From a virus (Duplodnaviria > Caudoviricetes), in the IMG/VR virus record IMGVR_UViG_3300020438_000143, positions 1 to 32,665 of that record: DNA of 32,665 nt; one strand, 5' to 3'. Shown one piece after another: positions 27,082-32,665 of the stretch. Within the stretch, counting starts at the first letter, position 1. Each line of letters opens with the position of its first letter. Position numbers and translations under genes: made by a program. The notes beneath the pieces were generated by a model. It saw only the letters and a list, made by a program, of their open reading frames with translations, did no database searches and was not told the origin of the DNA.

Positions 27082-27558
27082 ATGAAACTACTTACCGTTA
27101 AACCAGATTTCTTAAAACAAAGATGCATACAAAGAGGCTACACTTTAGAGGAAGTAATGGGATGCGTTGTAGATCAACTGGATGATTTATGGATTATTGA
27201 CGTTGAACATAAAATGTATCCACATCCTAAAAGTAATCATATGATTCAGGTTCCTGATCACCCTAGAAATAATAAGGACATAATTAAAGAAGAAGAATTT
27301 GGTGCTGGTTATGAATTAAAAAAAATGTTATCATATATGAATATTAAAGCTAGTCCCAACTGCTCATGTAATCAAAAAGCCAAAATCATGAATGATAATG
27401 GAACTCAATGGTGTAGAGATAATAAGGATCTTATATTATCTTGGTTGGCTTATGAAGCTCAAAAAAGAAAATTACCCTTTGTCAAATTTTTTGGTAGTAA
27501 ATTAATAGATCTTGCTATAGCTAGAGCAGAAAGAAAACAGACTAAATGTTCAAATTAG
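27082..27558 (+). CDS. Hypothetical basic, helical protein with CxC motif (158 aa)
   Basis: Fills the gap between neighbours and has an AGGA leader; motifs RCIQRGYTLEEVMGCV and GAGYELKKML...SPNCSCN...WC...WL..EA.KRKLPF. Confidence 0.75.
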   Translation: MKLLTVKPDFLKQRCIQRGYTLEEVMGCVVDQLDDLWIIDVEHKMYPHPKSNHMIQVPDHPRNNKDIIKEEEFGAGYELKKMLSYMNIKASPNCSCNQKAKIMNDNGTQWCRDNKDLILSWLAYEAQKRKLPFVKFFGSKLIDLAIARAERKQTKCSN

Positions 27559-28241
27559 CAGATAGAGTAAAACAAACCTCTATTACAACTGGAACTGGTG
27601 ACGTAGTTTTTAACAGTACGCCGCCTAACTTTCAATCGTTTGCAAGTGCGATTGGAGACGGAAACTCCACATACTATGCTATAGAAACATTTACTGAATT
27701 CGAGATAGGGCTTGGTACATATAATAGCTCCACAGACAGTTTATCTAGAGACTTAGTTCTCGCCAGTAGTGATGGCACTAACAAAATAAACTTAGAGGGT
27801 GTGTCAACAGTTTTTGTCACATACCCAGCTGCTAAACACTCTATACTAGATGAGTCTGGATTTATTAAATCTTTTGATGCTGCTTACTCTGGAGTTAAAT
27901 TTCCAGATGGTACAACCCAAACAACAGCATCCTCTGGTGGTGATAGTGGAGGGGGAGATTCTACTAGATCTCACATTAGCATCAATACAACTCAAGGGTT
28001 AGCAACTACTGTTGATGTCGTAATCATAACAGTTTTATCTGGTGACATATCAGTTACCTTACCTTTTGCCTCTGCTATGGAGGGGAAGACAGTTACCTTT
28101 AAATTTACATCAAGTCAATATAAATGTTTTATTACACCACAGGTTTTAGATAATTTAGACAGTACAACTTTACACACATTACATCATAAAAATGAGTCAA
28201 TTTCTTGCTTCTCAGACGGAGATGATTGGCATATTTTATAG
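27546..28241 (+). CDS. Short fibre-type structural protein (231 aa)
   Basis: N-terminal LADRVKQTSITTGTG...TYYAI...EIGLGTY...VFVTYPA module common in phage fibre N-termini; KFPDGTTQTTA linker; C-terminal VTLP...SDGDDWHIL module. Overlaps the upstream gene by 13 nt. Confidence 0.75.
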   Translation: MFKLADRVKQTSITTGTGDVVFNSTPPNFQSFASAIGDGNSTYYAIETFTEFEIGLGTYNSSTDSLSRDLVLASSDGTNKINLEGVSTVFVTYPAAKHSILDESGFIKSFDAAYSGVKFPDGTTQTTASSGGDSGGGDSTRSHISINTTQGLATTVDVVIITVLSGDISVTLPFASAMEGKTVTFKFTSSQYKCFITPQVLDNLDSTTLHTLHHKNESISCFSDGDDWHIL

Positions 28242-28250
28242 TGTATATAA
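28241..28250 (+). promoter_or_regulatory. Putative late promoter motif GTGTATATAA
   Basis: Overlaps the TAG stop of the previous gene; 43 nt before ATG 28284, which has SD GGAGA. Confidence 0.6.
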
Positions 28251-28283
28251 TATTAGTAACCCGCACGATATGGAGACAAAAAA

Positions 28284-29867
28284 ATGGCATATAGACCACA
28301 TGATAGAAATCCTAGCGGTATCATGTTTTTCGGAACTAGTACCGGTGATCCCGTATATGATTCCAGCCCTAATTTCACAATTGGTGGTGGAGTTTTACAC
28401 TCTAGCAATTTAACCGTCAATGATGGTGGTTATGTTGGCAGTGTAACAACTCAAGACGCAATAACTATTGCAGCTAACGGAGATATTGCCCTCAAGACTG
28501 ATCTTGTAGTTGGCATAGACCTTAGCGTTGCTGGCGATATAGCAGCCCAAGGTGATGTTGTCGTTGACGGAGACTTAACAGTTCATGGAACGACTACTAC
28601 TGTTAACTCTACAACAATTACTGTAGAAGATCCTATCATTGTTCTTGGTAGTGGAACTCCTACTGCTGATGATAATAAAGATCGCGGCGTGTCGTTTAAT
28701 TATTATGACACTACTGCCAAAACTGGTTTCTTTGGTTTTGATGACAGTACTGGTCGCTTTACTTTTGTTCCTGACGCAACAATTAGCAGTGAAACTGTCA
28801 GCGGTTCTACTGGTATGATTGAAGCTAATTTTATGGGAGACATATACGCCGGTAATGGAACCAGTAAGATCCTTGAAAATGGAACTAGTGGTTCAGACGC
28901 TGTGTTTACTGGTGATGTTGTTGGTAATGCAGATACGGCTAGTAAGTGGGAAAATTCTATAGATATTACGCTTACAGGAGAGGTTACGACAGACTCTGCT
29001 GTGGCTTTAGATGGTAGTTCCAATATTTCTCTTGCTGTGTCCTTAGATACAACCGCTATTACTGGTCAAACTGAATACAGTGGCGCTCACGATGGATCTA
29101 CGGATGACTACATTTTACTTTATGATGATTCAGCCAGTGCGTTGAAGAAAATCAATAGGACTAATTTTGTTAGTGGCCTTGGAGCTATGAGTTCTTTCAC
29201 AATCAGTGATACAAATAACACTCAAATTATTTCAGACGGTGAGACTCTTGAATTCGATGCTGGTTCAGGAATAAACATTACAGTAAATCAATCAGCCAAT
29301 GAGATTGATTTTGGCCTCGACCATAATGAAATTAATCATGACTTGTTGCTAAACTTTGTTGCCAACGAACATATTAATCATGGTAACATTCAAATTCAAG
29401 GTGGTGCTGGGATGGTGGGTGGTGGAGCTATTACTGGTTCGCACACTCTTGATGTTATTGGTGGTGATGGTATTACAGTTAATGCTGATGAAGTAGAAGT
29501 AACTGTAGATGATACTACTGTTGAGTTAAGTAACACTAATGGTACTGGCGCTGTAAGGGTTAAAAACGGTGGTATTACTGAGACTCAAAGACACAGAAGT
29601 GTAGAAACTGTTACGTCTAATAAAGATCCTGTGGATCATGATGTTACTTTAGTGAATGCTGTCTTTGGTAATATTACAGTTAAGTTGCCAGAAAACGGAG
29701 ATGAAGGAAGAATGTTTATTGTGAAGAGAGTAGATAGCAGCAGCAACACTGTAACTATTGAAAGAAAAGGATCTGATACAATAGATGGATCTAATAGCTA
29801 TCAACTGTTTCACATATATGAAAGTTTAAAATTTTGTAGCGATGGATCAAATTGGTATATAATCTAA
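28284..29867 (+). CDS. Fibre protein (527 aa)
   Basis: Fibre-type motifs GDLTVHGTTTTVNSTTITVEDPII, DRGVSFNY...FFGFDDS, GNADTASKW, GDGITVNAD; C-terminal VKLP...TIDG...SDGSNWYII module. Confidence 0.8.
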   Translation: MAYRPHDRNPSGIMFFGTSTGDPVYDSSPNFTIGGGVLHSSNLTVNDGGYVGSVTTQDAITIAANGDIALKTDLVVGIDLSVAGDIAAQGDVVVDGDLTVHGTTTTVNSTTITVEDPIIVLGSGTPTADDNKDRGVSFNYYDTTAKTGFFGFDDSTGRFTFVPDATISSETVSGSTGMIEANFMGDIYAGNGTSKILENGTSGSDAVFTGDVVGNADTASKWENSIDITLTGEVTTDSAVALDGSSNISLAVSLDTTAITGQTEYSGAHDGSTDDYILLYDDSASALKKINRTNFVSGLGAMSSFTISDTNNTQIISDGETLEFDAGSGINITVNQSANEIDFGLDHNEINHDLLLNFVANEHINHGNIQIQGGAGMVGGGAITGSHTLDVIGGDGITVNADEVEVTVDDTTVELSNTNGTGAVRVKNGGITETQRHRSVETVTSNKDPVDHDVTLVNAVFGNITVKLPENGDEGRMFIVKRVDSSSNTVTIERKGSDTIDGSNSYQLFHIYESLKFCSDGSNWYII

Positions 29868-29868
29868 T

Positions 29869-32665
29869 ATGTATAGTTTAACATTACAGAACGCTGGTGG
29901 TGATAATGTCATTACCGCTGGCGATATAATAGGTAGAATTAACTACGCTGTTCCGGCAGAGTCTGACGGTGCAGCAGCTACCTATATCGTCGGCTCAATG
30001 AATTCTGTAGCTGAAGGAGCGTTCACTAGCTCTTCAAATCCAGCCGCACTGGTTTTCTCTACATCTGCGGCAGATGCCGCTGCCGCTGTTGAACGAGTTA
30101 GGATTGATAAAAATGGTAACATGGGGATTGGAACCTCCTCGCCGCTTTTTAAGCTAGACGTTAATGGGGATTTTAGTGCAGATGAAATAAATGTTAACGG
30201 TCAATATACGTTTCCTACTGGAGCTGGAAATGTTGGTGATAGTCTTGTTTATTCTGGCTCTAATCAGGTTGCTTGGAGCGGGGTTAGTGGCGGTGGCGGG
30301 ATTACTGGAACTGGTGCTTCAAACTATGCTGCCCGTTGGACTAGTTCTACTGTGCTTGGTACTGGAATTATTTATGACAATGGCACTAACGTTGGTATCG
30401 GAACTACCTCGCCATCTAAAAAATTGGAAGTCAACGGTATTGTCAAATCATCAAGCTTGGAAGCTAGTAGTTTAACATTCGGCTCTACAGATAGTATCTC
30501 GGGTGGAAGTAATATTACACTTTATAGTGTTCTTAATGATATTATTTTAACAACTTACAATGCCGCAGCAGACCATATTCATTGCACAAATATGCTCGCA
30601 TCTAGACCGTCTGTTAATATTAACCCAGATGCTGGCAACATTGACTTTACTGTATTTCACGACACATCAACTTCTGTTCCATTGTTTCATTGTGATGCTG
30701 ATTTAGAGAAGGTTGGCATTGGAACAATAACTCCTAGCGAAAAATTGCATGTGTCTGGTACAACGCGAATAGAACCAACAACATCTCATGGAATATTACT
30801 TGGCAGATCAGGCGGCACTAGTTCTATTAGAGCAACTGGAGCTGATTCCGCGAGTCAATATCTTATATTAGACAGTAATGGACAATACATATCACTAAAC
30901 CATTATACTTCTGACAATATAGTCATGGGGTATGGTAATGGTAATGTTGGAATTGCTACGGTTTCTCCAACAGAAAAGTTGCATGTACACGGTGGCAACA
31001 TTCGATCATCTGCACTCGCTGGAGTTGGTGGAGGTATTGGAAAGGCAGATGACGGTCTTCATATTTTATACCCCGGAGGTGGCACGTATGGAGGAAGTTC
31101 TGCTTCTACAGTAACGGGCTATATAAAGATCAAGCTGCCTGTGAAAAACGCTAGCACTATGATTGCTTTTGATTTAGATATTTATGAATACGAAGATAAC
31201 ACACAGGGAAGAGTCGCTAAGTTTAGGATTGCTGGATATGAATATCAAGCCACTAATTGGACTAGAACCCAAGTTACAATGGACAGCAATGGTCCGACTG
31301 ATAATCAATACAAAGTTAGCTTTGGTGTAGACGCAAATGGTGATAAAGCTATATGGATATCTTATTATTCAGATGGGAAAAATGGAACAGATCAAGCAGC
31401 GTCTAGTCTTTGGAGATATCCAAAAGTCTCTATTTCTAATCTATTCTGCGGTCACTCTGGTCTTACCTTTAGCAATTGGGCTGACAATTGGGATGTTGGC
31501 ATTGTCGCTGCTTCTGATATAAGCAGTGTGGTTACATCTCATGTTGTATCTAGATCCTTAAAGTTATATGAAAGTAGTTATGATTTAGCTTCATTAACAA
31601 TTAATAGTGATTATACATTCCCAACGGTTGATGGTTCTGCAAATCAACTTTTGACAACAAATGGGGCTGGAGCTTTATCGTTTGGCAGTGTGGACGATTT
31701 GCTACATGGTTATCCAATAAATTATGCGACATCCGTAGGCTGGGTTGAGGGCAATGGAAGTCAAGCTGGATATTATGGTGGAGATTTTGGCAGAAACGGT
31801 GGAAACGGAGAAAACTTCTGTGAGTTTGGAGACTTTCCAAATGGCGTGAGAGGTTTGATATGGAAATCTAGAAATAATACTACAGATAGTGGTGCAGACG
31901 GAGGCTGGACTAAGAACATTTCTGGTTTAGATCCAGAAAAAACATATATTAGCATTGTATATGTTAGACGAGTGGGGTCTAATACAAGTGGTAATTTCTA
32001 TCATGGCTGTAGAACTGGTGGAGCTGACACTCTTGAGATGAATGGAAATTCTAATGGCAACCCATATTTTCATGCATTTAATATAGCGCAACTACCGCAG
32101 GACGTTTGGTGTATTTCTATCGGTATTATACATGCGCATAGTGACCCAGCAACGACAAGTACTGGTATTGGCGGTATTTATAGATTAGATACTGGAGCTA
32201 AAACTGGAACATATACCAACAAAGACTACAGGATGGGTGCAACAACTACTGTTCAAAATCACAGAACTTTTTTGTATTACGATGCAACTGGTAATTCTAA
32301 ATTAGATTGGTGTTGGCCCGGATTTTATGATATCACATCGCCAGTAGTTATCAATTTACTAAACAATTTGTTATATGGTAACGCTAGTAATATTGACATA
32401 AGTGATTTCAATGCATCCTCAATTATAACAGAATCAGAAGGGATATCATCAAATGATAATGATACTACTCTTCCCACTTCTGCTGCCGTAAAAGATTATG
32501 TCGATAATAACGGCGGTGGCAGCAGCAGTAATCTCATACGAGGTTCTTTTGCAGTTACTTCCTCTACTACAGTATTTACAGTTAGTGGTGGTTATAATAC
32601 TGGCAGTTTAGACGTATACCAGAATGGTATTAAATTATTTAAAGGTTCTTCGTATGACTATACTG
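29869..32665 (+). CDS. Long fibre / receptor-binding protein, 3'-truncated (>932 aa), absent from the ORF track
   Basis: Translated by hand from ATG 29869 (MYSLTLQNAGGDNVITAG...) with no stop to the window end; four GIGTxxP-type shaft repeats (NMGIGTSSPLFKLDVNG, NVGIGTTSPSKKLEVNG, KVGIGTITPSEKLHVSG, NVGIATVSPTEKLHVHG), two YTFPT linkers, and NDNDTTLPTSAAVKDYVD. Confidence 0.9.
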   Translation, partial: MYSLTLQNAGGDNVITAGDIIGRINYAVPAESDGAAATYIVGSMNSVAEGAFTSSSNPAALVFSTSAADAAAAVERVRIDKNGNMGIGTSSPLFKLDVNGDFSADEINVNGQYTFPTGAGNVGDSLVYSGSNQVAWSGVSGGGGITGTGASNYAARWTSSTVLGTGIIYDNGTNVGIGTTSPSKKLEVNGIVKSSSLEASSLTFGSTDSISGGSNITLYSVLNDIILTTYNAAADHIHCTNMLASRPSVNINPDAGNIDFTVFHDTSTSVPLFHCDADLEKVGIGTITPSEKLHVSGTTRIEPTTSHGILLGRSGGTSSIRATGADSASQYLILDSNGQYISLNHYTSDNIVMGYGNGNVGIATVSPTEKLHVHGGNIRSSALAGVGGGIGKADDGLHILYPGGGTYGGSSASTVTGYIKIKLPVKNASTMIAFDLDIYEYEDNTQGRVAKFRIAGYEYQATNWTRTQVTMDSNGPTDNQYKVSFGVDANGDKAIWISYYSDGKNGTDQAASSLWRYPKVSISNLFCGHSGLTFSNWADNWDVGIVAASDISSVVTSHVVSRSLKLYESSYDLASLTINSDYTFPTVDGSANQLLTTNGAGALSFGSVDDLLHGYPINYATSVGWVEGNGSQAGYYGGDFGRNGGNGENFCEFGDFPNGVRGLIWKSRNNTTDSGADGGWTKNISGLDPEKTYISIVYVRRVGSNTSGNFYHGCRTGGADTLEMNGNSNGNPYFHAFNIAQLPQDVWCISIGIIHAHSDPATTSTGIGGIYRLDTGAKTGTYTNKDYRMGATTTVQNHRTFLYYDATGNSKLDWCWPGFYDITSPVVINLLNNLLYGNASNIDISDFNASSIITESEGISSNDNDTTLPTSAAVKDYVDNNGGGSSSNLIRGSFAVTSSTTVFTVSGGYNTGSLDVYQNGIKLFKGSSYDYT

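Larger units (their letters stand above)
1..32665 (+). mobile_element. Structural (head plus fibre/appendage) gene region of a large tailed dsDNA phage
   Basis: Order terminase-portal-protease/scaffold-decoration-capsid followed by fibre-like genes; all on one strand with very short intergenic gaps; no host housekeeping genes, integrase or att site visible, so free phage versus prophage cannot be decided. Confidence 0.95.

Noticed and set aside
27318-27325. A8 slippery site as a tail-chaperone-style -1 frameshift
   Set aside because: The -1 frame stops within about seven codons, and a TAA directly precedes ATG 27546, so no fusion product results.
30191-31955. Short ORFs listed in the last 2.8 kb
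   Set aside because: All lie inside the long frame-1 fibre gene starting at 29869.
1-32665. Genome-wide stop codon reassignment
   Set aside because: Multi-kilobase ORFs are intact in the standard code, and TAA, TAG and TGA all end genes at sensible boundaries.
23875-32665. Diversity-generating retroelement target or template repeats
   Set aside because: No reverse transcriptase and no ~100-nt near-identical repeat pair differing at adenines was seen by eye; a self dot-plot would be needed to exclude it fully.
1-32665. tRNA, rRNA or other structured ncRNA genes
   Set aside because: Intergenic gaps are at most ~115 nt and are explained by the terminator, promoter motif and SD sequences; no cloverleaf was seen.

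Overview
The whole window is one + strand, AT-rich virion morphogenesis region of a large tailed dsDNA phage (Caudoviricetes), read in the standard code. It opens inside the terminase large subunit. Next come the portal, a prohead protease with a probable nested scaffold gene, a small head decoration protein and the major capsid protein, closed by an intrinsic terminator. The remaining ~26 kb has no recognisable neck, tail tube, sheath or tape measure gene. It encodes fibre/adhesin-like proteins instead: a 1145-aa beta-roll protein, a 3218-aa mosaic protein, 1024-aa and 1064-aa proteins with cadherin/Ig/FN3/LamG-like domains, a small CxC protein, two fibre proteins with paralogous C-termini, and a >932-aa fibre that runs off the window end and is missing from the ORF track. 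The most notable signals are (1) cupredoxin-like domains with intact type-1 copper ligand sets in the giant protein, (2) codon-mixed, mucin-like poly-Thr linkers in three consecutive giant genes, (3) Cys clusters plus a downstream CxC protein sharing a leader motif with those genes, (4) a GTGTATWWW putative late promoter at four gene boundaries, and (5) the nested scaffold start. All family calls come from motif recognition by eye, not database searches.
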